64,000 nucleotides of DNA from Flavobacteriales bacterium (lineage in GTDB: Bacteria; Bacteroidota; Bacteroidia; UBA10329). Positions 47,645 to 58,713 of the stretch are shown here, one piece after another. The translations under genes and the position numbers were made by a program. The notes below the pieces were generated by a model. The model made no database searches, had not been told where the DNA came from, and worked only from the letters and a program-made list of their open reading frames with translations. The stretch lies in NCBI GenBank assembly GCA_016124845.1, contig WGMW01000013.1, positions 46,064-110,063 of the forward strand, read 5' to 3'. The number at the start of each line of letters is the position of its first letter. The first letter of the stretch is position 1.

Positions 47645-49186
47645 CTACAACGGAATGTTCCCGTGTTTTTTCCGCGGAAGCGTCCGTGCTTTATTCTTCA
47701 GCATGGAGAACGCCTTGATCAGCTTTTCACGGGTTTCTGATGGAATGATCACTTCATCCACGTAGCCGCGTTCGGCCGCACGGTATGGATTGGCAAAATG
47801 CTCCAGATACTCCTGCTCCCTTTCCTTGAGTTTCGTTTCCGGGTCATCAGCCGCCTGTATTTCATGGCGGAAGATGATCTCCGCAGCACCTTTCGCGCCC
47901 ATCACCGCAATTTCGGCCGTAGGCCAAGCATAGTTCATATCCGCACCAATGTGCTTGCTGTTCATTACATCGTAAGCACCACCATACGCTTTTCGCGTGA
48001 TGACGGTAATGCGCGGAACCGTGGCTTCGCTGAACGCGTAAAGCAGTTTGGCCCCGTTGGAGATGATGCCGTTCCACTCCTGATCGGTTCCTGGAAGGAA
48101 GCCTGGAACATCTTCAAACACCAAAAGCGGAATATTGAAACAATCGCAGAAACGCACAAAACGCCCACCTTTCTGCGAAGCATGAATATCCAACACACCC
48201 GCCAGAACGGCCGGTTGATTGGCCACAATGCCGATGCTCTTCCCTGCCAATCGGGCAAAGCCTACCACAATGTTCTCGGCAAAATCCTTGTGAACCTCCA
48301 AGAACGAGCCTTCATCCACCACACCAGCGATCACCTCTTTGATGTCGTAGGGCTGGTTCGGGTTTTCAGGAACAATATCATCAAGTGCAGGTCTCGACTC
48401 TTCGCTCGCTTTGTATGGCAGCTGTGGCGATTCCTCTTCGCAGTTCTGCGGCATGTAACTGAGCAACTTCTTGATGTGTTCGATGCAGGCAAGGTCGTTG
48501 CCGCACGAGAAATGCGTAACACCCGATTTGGCGGAATGCGCACTCGCTCCGCCCAGTTCCTCCGAGGTAACTTCTTCGTGTGTCACTGTTTTTACCACGT
48601 GCGGACCTGTTACGAACATGTAGCTCGAATTCTCCACCATCATTACAAAATCGGTGAGGGCAGGAGAATACACCGCGCCACCTGCGCAAGGCCCCATAAT
48701 GGCCGAGATCTGTGGAATGACGCCAGAGGCCAACGTGTTGCGATAGAATATATCCGCGTAGCCGCCCAACGAGACCACGCCTTCCTGAATCCGTGCTCCA
48801 CCAGAGTCATTCAGGCCGATGACGGGCGCACCATTTTCCATGGCCAGATCCATGATGCGGACGATCTTCTTGGCGTGCATTTCGGCCAGGGAACCACCGA
48901 AAACCGTGAAATCCTGCGCGAAAACATACACCAGTCGTCCGTTGATGGTTCCGTAACCCGTGATGACGCCATCGCCCAAGAACTTCTGTCTGTCCAGCCC
49001 GAACTCTTGCGAACGGTGCGTGACGAACATGCCGATCTCCTCAAAACTGCCTTCATCCATCAACAGCGCAATGCGCTCACGGGCGGTCAACTTGCCTTTG
49101 GCATGTTGCGATTCGATGCGTTTCTCACCACCGCCCAGTTGGGCCAGTTCCTGTTTCTCCTTCAGTTCTTTGATGCGTTCTTTCAT
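47645..49186 (-). CDS. acyl-CoA carboxylase carboxyltransferase beta subunit (propionyl-CoA carboxylase beta / methylmalonyl-CoA carboxyltransferase-like)
   Basis: 513 aa, N-terminal [39 protein letters not shown]..., tandem crotonase-like CT domains. Confidence 0.88.
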   Translation of the reverse strand: MKERIKELKEKQELAQLGGGEKRIESQHAKGKLTARERIALLMDEGSFEEIGMFVTHRSQEFGLDRQKFLGDGVITGYGTINGRLVYVFAQDFTVFGGSLAEMHAKKIVRIMDLAMENGAPVIGLNDSGGARIQEGVVSLGGYADIFYRNTLASGVIPQISAIMGPCAGGAVYSPALTDFVMMVENSSYMFVTGPHVVKTVTHEEVTSEELGGASAHSAKSGVTHFSCGNDLACIEHIKKLLSYMPQNCEEESPQLPYKASEESRPALDDIVPENPNQPYDIKEVIAGVVDEGSFLEVHKDFAENIVVGFARLAGKSIGIVANQPAVLAGVLDIHASQKGGRFVRFCDCFNIPLLVFEDVPGFLPGTDQEWNGIISNGAKLLYAFSEATVPRITVITRKAYGGAYDVMNSKHIGADMNYAWPTAEIAVMGAKGAAEIIFRHEIQAADDPETKLKEREQEYLEHFANPYRAAERGYVDEVIIPSETREKLIKAFSMLKNKARTLPRKKHGNIPL

Positions 49187-49234
49187 CTTGCGTTGATTGT
49201 AAAGCCGTCAACTTTTTAAAAGTTGACGGCTTTA

Positions 49235-50257
49235 TTAAAATGCACTTTTGAATTGGTCGAGGAAGCGTTTGTCGTTCTCGAAGAACAACCGCAGATCCTT
49301 TACTTGGTATTTGAGCATGGCTGTACGCTCAATGCCCATTCCGAAAGCAAACCCGGAATATTCCTCCGGGTCGATGCCGCATGATCTCAGCACGTTCGGG
49401 TCCACCATGCCGCAACCCAAAACTTCCAGCCAACCGGTTCCTTTGGTAATGCGATGGTCGGCCTCCGTTTCCAGTCCCCAGTAAACATCCATTTCGGCAC
49501 TTGGTTCCGTAAACGGGAAGTATGATGGCCGCAAGCGGATTTTTGTTTCGGGGCCGTAGAATTCGCGTGCAAAGTAGAGCAGCGTGTCTTTCATATCCGC
49601 AAACGAAACGTTCTTATCAATGTAAAGACCCTCAATTTGATGGAAGATACAATGCGCCCGTGCCGAGATGGCCTCATTTCGGAAAACCCTTCCGGGAGAA
49701 ATTGTCCTTATTGGTGGTTTCTGACCTTCCATTACACGCACCTGTACCGAAGAAGTGTGCGTGCGCAATGCGAAGTCAGGGTCTTTGGCCACAAAGAACG
49801 TGTCCTGCATATCACGTGCGGGATGTTCTGGAGGGAAGTTCAACGCAGAGAAATTATGCCAATCATCCTCGATCTCAGGCCCTTCCGAAACGGTGAATCC
49901 GATGCGTTCGAAAATGCCCACTACCTCTCTACGGACCATATTCACAGGATGCCGCGTTCCCATTTCCATCGGGAATGGCGGAACGGTCAGATCCACATCG
50001 TCAGAAACCCGTTTTGAATTTGATTTCAGTTCTGCCTGAAGTTCCTTGAATTTGGCCTCAGCCAGATTTTTCAGCTCGTTCAGCTTCTGCCCGAACGCCT
50101 TTTTCTGCTCGTTCGGAACGTCTCGAAATGCAGTGAAAAGCTGTGGGATGATTCCCTTCTTGGAAAGGAACTGCAAGCGGAAATTCTCCAGATCGTCTGT
50201 GCTGGCAATAACCAGTTCCCGGATCTGTTTCTCGTACTCTTCGAGTTTCTTAAGCAT
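49235..50257 (-). CDS. pheS: phenylalanine--tRNA ligase alpha subunit
   Basis: Class II motifs including FPFTEPSAEMDV. 340 aa. Confidence 0.9.
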   Translation of the reverse strand: MLKKLEEYEKQIRELVIASTDDLENFRLQFLSKKGIIPQLFTAFRDVPNEQKKAFGQKLNELKNLAEAKFKELQAELKSNSKRVSDDVDLTVPPFPMEMGTRHPVNMVRREVVGIFERIGFTVSEGPEIEDDWHNFSALNFPPEHPARDMQDTFFVAKDPDFALRTHTSSVQVRVMEGQKPPIRTISPGRVFRNEAISARAHCIFHQIEGLYIDKNVSFADMKDTLLYFAREFYGPETKIRLRPSYFPFTEPSAEMDVYWGLETEADHRITKGTGWLEVLGCGMVDPNVLRSCGIDPEEYSGFAFGMGIERTAMLKYQVKDLRLFFENDKRFLDQFKSAF

Positions 50258-50319
50258 GGCCCAAAAGTAAAACAGGCCGCTGAATTGGCGGCCTGCTTCA
50301 TTGGATGTTCTATAAATGG

Positions 50320-51018
50320 TTACTCGCTGATCACGGTCACCTTCATGATGATGTCCTCTACCGGGCGGTCTCCCTGACCCATTAACTCAGGATGGCTGGC
50401 GTAAAGTGCCTGTAGCTCTTCTTGCGACAACGATTTCAATGTCTTCACAGCAGCGATCTTATCAACCACGTCCAATCCTTCGATCACCTCTCCGAAAACG
50501 GTGTATTGCATGTCAAGATGAGGAGCTCCGCCAACTTCAGCATAAGTTTTGCGTTGCTCATCTGTGTAGGTAATACCCATTCGCTGCTCCATGGACTTGA
50601 TCATGTCCTCTGAAAATGATCTTCCGTGAACGATGTAGAATTGAGACCCAGATGATTTTCGTTCGGGGTTGATGTTGTCGCCTGTTCTCGCGGCAGCCAA
50701 AGCCCCTTTTTTATGAATGAACTTCGGGTTGATCTCGGCAGGTATCAACGGTCGGTTGTCAATTGTGCCCAAGTTGGCATTACCACCCCCCTGAATCATG
50801 AATCGATCGATGATGCGATGGAATACCGAGCCATTGTACTTTCCCGAACGGGCCAACTCCAAAAAGTTGTCGCGGTGCAATGGTGTTTCGTTGTAGAGCT
50901 TCAGTTTTATATCTCCGTAAGTGGTGCTGATGAGCACAATGGGCTCTTTCTTCTGCTTCTGCGCGAAAGCGCCAACACTCAATAGTGCAACAGAAAGCGT
51001 TAAGATCAATTGTTTCAT
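50320..51018 (-). CDS. cyclophilin-type peptidyl-prolyl cis-trans isomerase, secreted
   Basis: Signal peptide, FHRIIDRFMIQGG cyclophilin signature. Confidence 0.88.
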   Translation of the reverse strand: MKQLILTLSVALLSVGAFAQKQKKEPIVLISTTYGDIKLKLYNETPLHRDNFLELARSGKYNGSVFHRIIDRFMIQGGGNANLGTIDNRPLIPAEINPKFIHKKGALAAARTGDNINPERKSSGSQFYIVHGRSFSEDMIKSMEQRMGITYTDEQRKTYAEVGGAPHLDMQYTVFGEVIEGLDVVDKIAAVKTLKSLSQEELQALYASHPELMGQGDRPVEDIIMKVTVISE

Positions 51019-51108
51019 AGTGTTACTCTGGTCTTTTGTTTGTACATTTATGTTTCGGCTGCTAAAAGGCCGTTAAGCGAACGCAAGGCTAACCAAAAAA
51101 CATTCCAG

Positions 51109-51477
51109 ATGAATACGAAGTTTTCAAGATCGGGTTTCCTTTTTCTACTATTTGTAACGGCAGTAGGTCTATTCTCGTGCGGAAAGCAGAAAACGGCATC
51201 CACCACCATCAATGTGGTGGAAGAATATACGGCAACTCAGGGAACCGTGCACAGAACCCGACCGATAGAAGGTGCGGAGGTGAGAATCTATGCCAACCCA
51301 CCTTCTCAAGTGGATGAAATTTTGGTTTCGGACGCACAGGGCGTGGTCAATTTCACTTACGAGTACGATGCTGTTCTGCTGTGCGATGTATCGTACGAAG
51401 GACGGGTGTCCAATGGCAATCCAGTACAATTGGAGCAAGGGAAGACCACTACAAAAACGATTGTTCTTCCTCAGTAA
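51109..51477 (+). CDS. small hypothetical lipoprotein (paralog 1)
   Basis: Start MNTKFSRSGFLFLLFVTAVGLFSCGK (lipobox). About 122 aa, ends ...LEQGKTTTKTIVLPQ. Paralogous to next gene. Confidence 0.55.
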   Translation: MNTKFSRSGFLFLLFVTAVGLFSCGKQKTASTTINVVEEYTATQGTVHRTRPIEGAEVRIYANPPSQVDEILVSDAQGVVNFTYEYDAVLLCDVSYEGRVSNGNPVQLEQGKTTTKTIVLPQ

Positions 51478-51515
51478 ACAGTATTCGGTTAATTTTACGG
51501 TTGAAATTGAATACA

Positions 51516-51884
51516 ATGAAACACGCTAAACTTTTACTGCCGCTTATCCTATTGGGTCTGCTCATAGGTTCATCTTCGTGCAAAAAGAACAGAGATGCCA
51601 AAGGAATTGTAACGGTGTTGAAGGACTCTGTGAATTTTATCACGGGAGATACGGTGCAGGTGCCGGTGGTGCTGGCCTCCGTACGTTTTTACTCGGAGCA
51701 GATCGGGTCGAAGATCGATACGATCATCCTTTCGGGAACAGATGGCAAATCCACCTTTGTTTGGTTCGAGGATGTCATCATCAAGTATGATGTGACCACC
51801 TCGCTGGGCAATGCCGATCTTGATAATTACATTATCCTGAAACAGGGAGAAACGGAAGAAAAGACCGTGACCTTCCCTCTCTGA
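51516..51884 (+). CDS. small hypothetical lipoprotein (paralog 2)
   Basis: MKHAKLLLPLILLGLLIGSSSCKK lipobox. Same length and architecture, ends ...LKQGETEEKTVTFPL. Confidence 0.55.
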   Translation: MKHAKLLLPLILLGLLIGSSSCKKNRDAKGIVTVLKDSVNFITGDTVQVPVVLASVRFYSEQIGSKIDTIILSGTDGKSTFVWFEDVIIKYDVTTSLGNADLDNYIILKQGETEEKTVTFPL

Positions 51885-52232
51885 TCAGTTCGGCATATCC
51901 ATTTGTCGGAAATAATCTATCAAAGCCTCTTTCATTAAGAGGCTTTGTTGCGTTGGGTTGAGCCGTGGCAGCTTGGCCAATTCCTTGTAATGCGGCCAGC
52001 CGTCCTCATCCATACCTAAATACTCGTAATAGCCGTATTGCATCAGCAGGCGGCAGATGGCAATGTGCATCAGGTCGGTCTTCTCCTGTTTCTTGAAGAC
52101 GCGATAACCCTGCCCCAGTTCCTGCACGCCTACCAGAAAGATCACCGCGTCAAGGTCAAGCCCATTACCAAAGCGTTCTTCCAAGCGTGTAACCAGTTCG
52201 CGCCAATCGCGTTGTATATCAAGGTCATTCAT
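51885..52232 (-). CDS. hypothetical cytoplasmic protein
   Basis: 115-aa ORF with no TM/signal. Divergent from vWA gene. Confidence 0.4.
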   Translation of the reverse strand: MNDLDIQRDWRELVTRLEERFGNGLDLDAVIFLVGVQELGQGYRVFKKQEKTDLMHIAICRLLMQYGYYEYLGMDEDGWPHYKELAKLPRLNPTQQSLLMKEALIDYFRQMDMPN

Positions 52233-52289
52233 GGCACAAAGTTAGTTAGGGATGCCTCGTATGTTCAAAAAACTATTTTTGCCGAGAGT

Positions 52290-53453
52290 ATGGGGAGGGT
52301 TTTAAGGTATTGGATGTTGGCGCTTCTTTTAGCTGCGTCATATTTTGGCTCGGCCACAGATCTCAACAGGCTTGATTCGAAAGACAAGACTGCGGATGAC
52401 CAGGCAACGATCGATGTTGTATTTGTGATTGACATAAGTGGAAGCACGGGCGGAATCCTTGCATCTGTAAGAAGTAAGTTCTGGGAGATCCAGAACGAGG
52501 TGTCACGGCTCGACCCGACACCGAACTACCGCATCGGCATCGTGTGCATGGGCCGCCCCAGTTTCAAGAAGGAGAACAACTATGTCAGCATCATTTCCGA
52601 CCTCACAGATGATATTGACGCGGCCGCATATCCGTTCTTTCAGATCAAAGATGTAACGGCTCCCGGAAACTACTTCATGGGACACGCGTTGGATGTGGCC
52701 ATCAACGACATCTCGTGGTCGCAGCATCCCAATTCTGCACGGATGCTGTTCTTGGCCGGCAACGGAAAACCATCGGCCGGGCCGGGTTACAAAAAGGCCG
52801 TTCAGGACGCAAAAGACAAGGGCATTGTCATTCATTCCCTATATTTTCTCACCTATTCCAACCAGACCGAACAGGCCGAGTGGAAGTCCATTGCTGAATC
52901 AACCGGAGGCGATTTCAACATCATCGGGCTGAAAGAACCCGCCATCGTTCTGGAAAAACCATACGATGGTGCCATGCTTCGCGAAGCAAGCAATATGATC
53001 AACACCACCTATGTGTATTATGGGAAGAATGGCCTGGCGCGATATGAGATGCAGGCCGATCTGGATGTAGAAGCGGAGTTGCAGGGAGAGAATCAGGTAG
53101 AGGCGCGCACGTTTTTCAAGGCCACGCAACTGTATCAGGGAAAAAATGCGTCTTGGGATCTCATCGATTACATGAACACCGGGGGCGACATCATGAAAGT
53201 GAGCATGAAAACCGTGGATGAATCGTTATCGGCCATGACGGATGATGAATACAAAATGCACTTGGCCGAAGTGAACTACGAACGGAAGGAATACATTTCC
53301 ATCATCAAAATGCTCAGTACACAGCGCGAGGCATTCTTAGAGGAAAAGCGCGAAAAGATGCAGAACTACCGTTTCGGTAAAACATTCTTTGGTGTGGTGA
53401 ACCGCACAATTGTAAAGACCGCAGAGCGTTACGGTCATACATTATCGTACTGA
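52290..53453 (+). CDS. von Willebrand factor type A (vWA) domain protein, secreted, with C-terminal coiled-coil region
   Basis: Internal ATG (MGRVLRYWMLALLLAASYFGSA signal). MIDAS DxSxS (VFVIDISGSTGG). Confidence 0.7.
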   Translation: MGRVLRYWMLALLLAASYFGSATDLNRLDSKDKTADDQATIDVVFVIDISGSTGGILASVRSKFWEIQNEVSRLDPTPNYRIGIVCMGRPSFKKENNYVSIISDLTDDIDAAAYPFFQIKDVTAPGNYFMGHALDVAINDISWSQHPNSARMLFLAGNGKPSAGPGYKKAVQDAKDKGIVIHSLYFLTYSNQTEQAEWKSIAESTGGDFNIIGLKEPAIVLEKPYDGAMLREASNMINTTYVYYGKNGLARYEMQADLDVEAELQGENQVEARTFFKATQLYQGKNASWDLIDYMNTGGDIMKVSMKTVDESLSAMTDDEYKMHLAEVNYERKEYISIIKMLSTQREAFLEEKREKMQNYRFGKTFFGVVNRTIVKTAERYGHTLSY

Positions 53454-54013
53454 TGAGTTGGCTTGACATTGCATTGGCAATTCCATTGTTCTGGGGACTT
53501 TACAAAGGGCTCACCAGCGGCCTCATCATGGAGGTTGCACGGCTTGTTGCACTTATTGCGGGAGTTTATCTCGCAGTTCGTTTTGCACAGGAACTTTCGG
53601 AGTATCTCTACAAGAACACGGATCTGACCAACGAATTCCTTCCGATCATCTCTTTCGCCATCATCTTTATCGGGGTGGTGCTGTTGGTACACATGTTTGC
53701 CAAGGCTATTGAAGGATTGGCAAAAGCGGTTGCGTTGGGATGGGCAAACAAAGCCGCAGGGGCGGCATTCGGAATATTCAGAATGGCCTTTATCCTGAGC
53801 ATCTTCATCATGATGCTTACGCGGTTTGAGCTGCTGGATAAGTTCAATCGGGGCGAAACGGCCGAAAAGTCATTTCTCTATTCACCGGTAACGCAATTGG
53901 CACCGTTCATTCTTCCTGTTCTGGAGGACATTGACAAGGATTCCATTTTGGATAAATTCGACCGAAAGGTTGACAAGGCGCGCGATGCGGTCCGCGACCT
54001 TATCCACGAATAG
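53453..54013 (+). CDS. cvpA: CvpA family membrane protein
   Basis: [34 protein letters not shown]... typical CvpA N-terminus. 4 TM. Confidence 0.8.
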   Translation: MSWLDIALAIPLFWGLYKGLTSGLIMEVARLVALIAGVYLAVRFAQELSEYLYKNTDLTNEFLPIISFAIIFIGVVLLVHMFAKAIEGLAKAVALGWANKAAGAAFGIFRMAFILSIFIMMLTRFELLDKFNRGETAEKSFLYSPVTQLAPFILPVLEDIDKDSILDKFDRKVDKARDAVRDLIHE

Positions 54014-55190
54014 CCTTGATACCAGGCAGTTCGGTTCCTTCCATGTACTCCAAAAGCGCGCCACCGCCTGTGGAAACATAGCTTACCTGATCGGCAAGGT
54101 TGAACTTGTTGATGGCCGCAACCGAATCGCCACCACCAATAAGTGAGAATGCACCATTTTTGGTTGCTTCCGCGATGGAAAGCGCCACGGCTTTTGTTCC
54201 ATGCTGGAACGATTCCATTTCAAAAACGCCCATCGGTCCGTTCCAAAGGATGGTTTTGGATGCGTTGATCACTTCTGCATAGGTTTTCTCGGTCGCAGGA
54301 CCGATATCCAATCCTAACCAGCCATCAGGAATGGCATTCGTGTCGCACGTCTGCTTGTTGGCATTGTTGTCAAACGCGTCTCCGGCAACGGTATCTTCTG
54401 GAAGCAGAATCTGGACACCTTTTTCCTTTGCATCGGCCAGAATCTGCTTGGCGGTTTCCAAGTAATCGTCTTCAACCAATGAGTTTCCTACACTTCCACC
54501 CAACGCTTTGGCAAACGTGTAGCTCATACCGCCACCGATAATGATGTTGTCAACGCGACCGATGAGATTGGTGATGATGGAGATCTTTGAAGAAACCTTC
54601 GCACCACCCATAATGGCGGTCAACGGCCTTTCGGCTGAGGTCAGAACCTTATCGATGCTCTCAATTTCCTTCGCCAACAGGTAGCCGAACATCTTGTCTT
54701 CTGGGAAGAACTCGGCCACAATCGTTGTGGAAGCATGCGCGCGGTGAGCGGTTCCGAAGGCATCATTCACATACACATCGCCCAATTTGGCCAATTGGCC
54801 AGCGAAATCCTTATCGCCCGCCTCTTCCTCTTTATGAAAACGGAGGTTTTCCAGCAGCAGCACATCTCCCGCGCTCAAATTAGCAGCAGCAGTTTCGGCA
54901 ACTTCCCCCATGCAATCGGAAGCAAAAGCAACCTCAACGCCTAACAACTCAGAAAGGTGAGGGATCAAGTGCTTCAGCGAGAATTTGTTCTCCGGACCGT
55001 TTTTAGGTCTGCCCAAGTGGCTCATCAGAATAACGGACCCGCCATCTTTCAATATTTTTTTGATGGTTGGCAACGCGGCCACAATGCGTGTGTCATCGGT
55101 AATATTGAAGGCATCATCCAACGGAACGTTGAAATCTACACGGATCAACGCTTTTTTACCGGCAAACGAGAAAGAGTCCATTGTTTTCAT
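54000..55190 (-). CDS. pgk: phosphoglycerate kinase
   Basis: Internal start [23 protein letters not shown]. Conserved PGK motifs. Confidence 0.92.
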   Translation of the reverse strand: MKTMDSFSFAGKKALIRVDFNVPLDDAFNITDDTRIVAALPTIKKILKDGGSVILMSHLGRPKNGPENKFSLKHLIPHLSELLGVEVAFASDCMGEVAETAAANLSAGDVLLLENLRFHKEEEAGDKDFAGQLAKLGDVYVNDAFGTAHRAHASTTIVAEFFPEDKMFGYLLAKEIESIDKVLTSAERPLTAIMGGAKVSSKISIITNLIGRVDNIIIGGGMSYTFAKALGGSVGNSLVEDDYLETAKQILADAKEKGVQILLPEDTVAGDAFDNNANKQTCDTNAIPDGWLGLDIGPATEKTYAEVINASKTILWNGPMGVFEMESFQHGTKAVALSIAEATKNGAFSLIGGGDSVAAINKFNLADQVSYVSTGGGALLEYMEGTELPGIKAIRG

Positions 55191-55261
55191 GGCCGCAAAA
55201 ATAGAAATCGCGAATTGCCATTTGGTAAGGGCCAACGTTACGCGAATCATATTTTTGGAAC

Positions 55262-56287
55262 ATGATACTTGTTACCGGAGGAACGGGGCTTTTAGGGTCG
55301 CATCTACTGCTTAAATTGGTTGAGAACGGGGAGCGCGTGAGGGCGATCTACCGCACGGAGGCCAAGCGCGATTCGGTGATAAGAACCTTTGGCTATTACC
55401 ATGAAAATCCGCAAAGCATCTGGGAAAAGATAGAGTGGGTAAAAGGCGATGTACTTGATGTGCACAGTTTGGAAGATGCGCTGGAAGGCGTGGAGCAAGT
55501 GTATCATTGTGCGGCAGGCGTTACGTTCCTACCTGCCGAGCAGCCGTACATGCACAAGGTGAATGTGGAAGGAACGGCCAATGTCGTGAACCTGTGTTTG
55601 GAGTGTGATGGCGTGCGCCTGTGTCATGTCAGTTCGGTGGCGGCCATTGGCCGAGATGGTTCGGAAGAGGTGATCAGCGAGAAGAACGAGTGGAAGGATT
55701 CCGATCACAATGCAGCCTACGCGGTAAGCAAGTACCACGCAGAGATGGAGGTTTGGCGCGGTATTGTGGAAGGGCTGGACGCGTTCATGGTCAATCCATC
55801 ACTCATTATCGGCCCTGGCGATTGGAACGCCAGCACGGGCGCCATGTTCCGAAGAACGTGGAACGGACTGCCTTTCTACACGCGAGGCGGAAACTGTTTC
55901 GTGGATGTGTTGGATGTGGCCGAGGTGATGATCCGTTTGATGGCATCGGATGTACGTAACGAGCGCTTCATTGTGGGAGCGGAGAACAGGAAGTTCAAGG
56001 AAGTGTTTGAGCGGATTGCAACTCACATGAACAAGAAGTCACCTCGCTTTGAGGCCACGCCTTTGATGACCGAACTCACGTGGCGCGCGGAGAAATTGGT
56101 GAGCGCGGTAACTGGTAAAAAGCCGTTCATCACCAAAGAAGTGGCGCATCATGCCATGCAACTGAACCGCTACGACAACAGCAAATTGCTGAAAGCGTTA
56201 CCGGATTTCAAGTTCAAAGATCTGAATGAAACGCTGGAATTCATTTGCCAGCAGTACGTGAAAGAGGCGACTACTGGTCAGAGTTGA
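55262..56287 (+). CDS. NAD-dependent epimerase/dehydratase (extended SDR) family protein
   Basis: [15 protein letters not shown] Rossmann start, YxxxK (YAVSKYH). Confidence 0.8.
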   Translation: MILVTGGTGLLGSHLLLKLVENGERVRAIYRTEAKRDSVIRTFGYYHENPQSIWEKIEWVKGDVLDVHSLEDALEGVEQVYHCAAGVTFLPAEQPYMHKVNVEGTANVVNLCLECDGVRLCHVSSVAAIGRDGSEEVISEKNEWKDSDHNAAYAVSKYHAEMEVWRGIVEGLDAFMVNPSLIIGPGDWNASTGAMFRRTWNGLPFYTRGGNCFVDVLDVAEVMIRLMASDVRNERFIVGAENRKFKEVFERIATHMNKKSPRFEATPLMTELTWRAEKLVSAVTGKKPFITKEVAHHAMQLNRYDNSKLLKALPDFKFKDLNETLEFICQQYVKEATTGQS

Positions 56288-56624
56288 CCTCCGATTCCAG
56301 CTCCGAAAGCTGTTCCAGCACCTTATCGTAGATCACGTTCATCTCTTCCGTGCGGGTAGAATAGTAGTACAGGCTGCTGTCAAACTCGGTTTTGGTAACT
56401 CCGTGAGAAACAAAAATGGACTCGAACATCCGATCATAGTTCAGATTGGCCGAATCGGGTTCGATCACCTTCAGGTTCTGTGCTGTTTCCACCAAGTGCA
56501 TATCCACCATTACCGAAACCATTTTGTCTTCATCCAGCAGATAATCGGGCTTCTTTTCCGCGTTCTCTTGGCACGAGCCAAACCAAAGGCAGCCAATAAC
56601 CAATAACCAATAACGACCGTTCAT
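56271..56624 (-). CDS. hypothetical lipoprotein (DUF4296-like)
   Basis: MNGRYWLLVIGCLWFGSCQE lipobox. 117 aa. Confidence 0.5.
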   Translation of the reverse strand: MNGRYWLLVIGCLWFGSCQENAEKKPDYLLDEDKMVSVMVDMHLVETAQNLKVIEPDSANLNYDRMFESIFVSHGVTKTEFDSSLYYYSTRTEEMNVIYDKVLEQLSELESEVNSDQ

Positions 56625-57958
56625 CTGTCAAAGGTCAATCGTTCTCCAAGTTTCGAATCATCCAGCTTGCCGTTGGCGTAGGCCAAATGCCCGTTCACAA
56701 AGGTGTGTGTGATGGAAGATTGGAAGGTCGTTCCCTCAAAAATGGACCAGCCGCATTTGTAAAGGATGTTCTCCTTAGAAACCGTCCACGCTTGGTTCGG
56801 ATTCACCAGCACGAGGTCGGCAGCATAGCCCTCGCGGATGTAGCCACGATTTTCCAACTGAAAGCAGATGGCAGGTGCGTGGCACATTTTCTCCACCATG
56901 CGTTCAATGCTGATGGCACCGTTCCGTACGTGTTCCATCATGGCGGGGAGCGCATGTTGCACCAATGGCCCGCCAGACGGTGCCTTCAGGTATTTGTTCT
57001 GTTTTTCCTCCCACGTGTGCGGGGCGTGGTCGGTGGCAATAATGTCGATGCGGTCTTCCAGCAGTGCTTTGAAAACACCTTGCCTGTCCGCTTCGGTTTT
57101 CACCGCAGGGTTCCATTTCAGCAACGTTCCCTTCGTTTCATACATCGAATCGTTGAAGGTGAGATGATGGATGCACGCCTCGGCCGTGATGCGTTTCTGC
57201 GCCAACGGCACCGAATTATCAAAAAGGTGCGTTTCCTTTTCGGTGGAGATGTGCAGAATGTGTAGGCGGGTGTTGTGCTTCTTGGCCAACTCAACGGCCT
57301 TGGAAGAGGAAAGGTAACACGCCTCTACGCTTCGGATCTTCGGGTGTTCCGTTATCGGAATATCCTCTCCGAAACGCTCAATGGCCGCTGCCGTGTTGGC
57401 GCGGATGGTCGCTTCGTCTTCGCAATGCGTAGCGATCAATAACGGACATTCGGAGAAAATTCCATCCAGCGTAGCTTCATTGTCCACCAGCATGTTTCCG
57501 GTTGATGAGCCCATGAAGATCTTTACGCCACAAACGTTCCTGTCATCGGTTTTCAGCACCTCATCCAAATTGTCGTTGGATGCCCCCATGAAGAACGAAT
57601 AGTTGGCCAACGAGACCTGCGCGGCCCGGTCGTATTTGTCCTGAAGCAATTCCTGCGTCAACGCGTTCGGAACCGTGTTCGGCATTTCCATGTAGCTGGT
57701 AATGCCGCCCGCAACCGCTGCGCGCGATTCGGTGAAAAGTTCGCCCTTGTGCGTCAGTCCCGGCTCGCGGAAATGCACTTGGTCATCAATTACGCCCGGA
57801 AGGAGAAAAAGCCCGTCTGCGTTGATCTCGGTCACGTTTCCATCTGCAGAGATGTTGTCTCCGATCTTGGCGATCAGTCCGTTCTCAAGAAGCACGTCTT
57901 TGTGCTCCTGTTTTCCTTCGTTGACAATGGTGGCTCCTTTGATCAGAAATCGGCTCAT
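56621..57958 (-). CDS. pyrC: dihydroorotase (cyclic amidohydrolase family)
   Basis: 445 aa. MSRFLIKGATIVNEG..., metal-binding HxH (DDQVHFREPG), amidohydrolase fold. Confidence 0.8.
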   Translation of the reverse strand: MSRFLIKGATIVNEGKQEHKDVLLENGLIAKIGDNISADGNVTEINADGLFLLPGVIDDQVHFREPGLTHKGELFTESRAAVAGGITSYMEMPNTVPNALTQELLQDKYDRAAQVSLANYSFFMGASNDNLDEVLKTDDRNVCGVKIFMGSSTGNMLVDNEATLDGIFSECPLLIATHCEDEATIRANTAAAIERFGEDIPITEHPKIRSVEACYLSSSKAVELAKKHNTRLHILHISTEKETHLFDNSVPLAQKRITAEACIHHLTFNDSMYETKGTLLKWNPAVKTEADRQGVFKALLEDRIDIIATDHAPHTWEEKQNKYLKAPSGGPLVQHALPAMMEHVRNGAISIERMVEKMCHAPAICFQLENRGYIREGYAADLVLVNPNQAWTVSKENILYKCGWSIFEGTTFQSSITHTFVNGHLAYANGKLDDSKLGERLTFDR

Positions 57959-57960
57959 AC

Positions 57961-58695
57961 TTATGCTTTTTTGTAATTCGTGAACAGGCTTTTCCAGCGC
58001 ATTTGCAGCACACCGAAAATGGCTTCTTTGAAGATTCCTGAACTCATTTTCGATTCGCCCGCAGTTCTGTCTGTGAAGATGATGGGCACTTCCAGCAACT
58101 TGAATCCATACTTCCAGGCCAAGAATTTCATTTCGATCTGGAAAGCGTATCCGAAGAACTTCACTTCATCCAACGGAATGGTCTCCAGCACAATTCTGCG
58201 GTAGCACTTGAATCCAGCGGTGGTGTCGCGTATCGGCATGCCGGTAACGAACCGCACGTAGGCCGAAGCGTAGTACGACATCAGTACGCGCCCCATGGGC
58301 CAGTTCACCACATTCACACCTTTTATGTACCGCGAGCCGATGACAAGGTCGGCCGGTCCGTTCACCGCCCCTTCGTAGAGTTTGATGAGGTCTTGCGGAT
58401 TGTGCGAGAAATCGCAGTCCATCTCGAAGATGAACCCATAATCGCGCTGCAGCGCCCATTTGAAGCCGTGGATGTAAGCAGTTCCCAGTCCCAGTTTTCC
58501 CTTCCGTTCCTCAATAAAAAGCCGCCCATCGAACTCGGGCATCATGGCTTTCACCAAATTGGCCGTTCCATCGGGCGAACCATCGTCAATGATCAGCAGG
58601 TGGAAGTCTTTCTGCAACGACATCACCGTTCGGACCATCTTTTCGATGTTCTCCTTTTCGTTGTAGGTCGGTATGATGACGAGGCTGTCGGACAC
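57961..58695 (-). CDS. GT2 polyprenol-phosphate mannosyl/glucosyl transferase (DPM1-like)
   Basis: MSDSLVIIPTYNEKENI, DxD (IIDDGSPDGT ... DCDFSHNP). Confidence 0.8.
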   Translation of the reverse strand: MSDSLVIIPTYNEKENIEKMVRTVMSLQKDFHLLIIDDGSPDGTANLVKAMMPEFDGRLFIEERKGKLGLGTAYIHGFKWALQRDYGFIFEMDCDFSHNPQDLIKLYEGAVNGPADLVIGSRYIKGVNVVNWPMGRVLMSYYASAYVRFVTGMPIRDTTAGFKCYRRIVLETIPLDEVKFFGYAFQIEMKFLAWKYGFKLLEVPIIFTDRTAGESKMSSGIFKEAIFGVLQMRWKSLFTNYKKA

Positions 58696-58713
58696 GGTGG
58701 TCGGCTAAATTAC

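Noticed and set aside
47798-49219. 473-aa plus-strand ORF
   Set aside because: Antisense to the strongly supported acyl-CoA carboxylase beta-subunit gene. No recognisable motifs.
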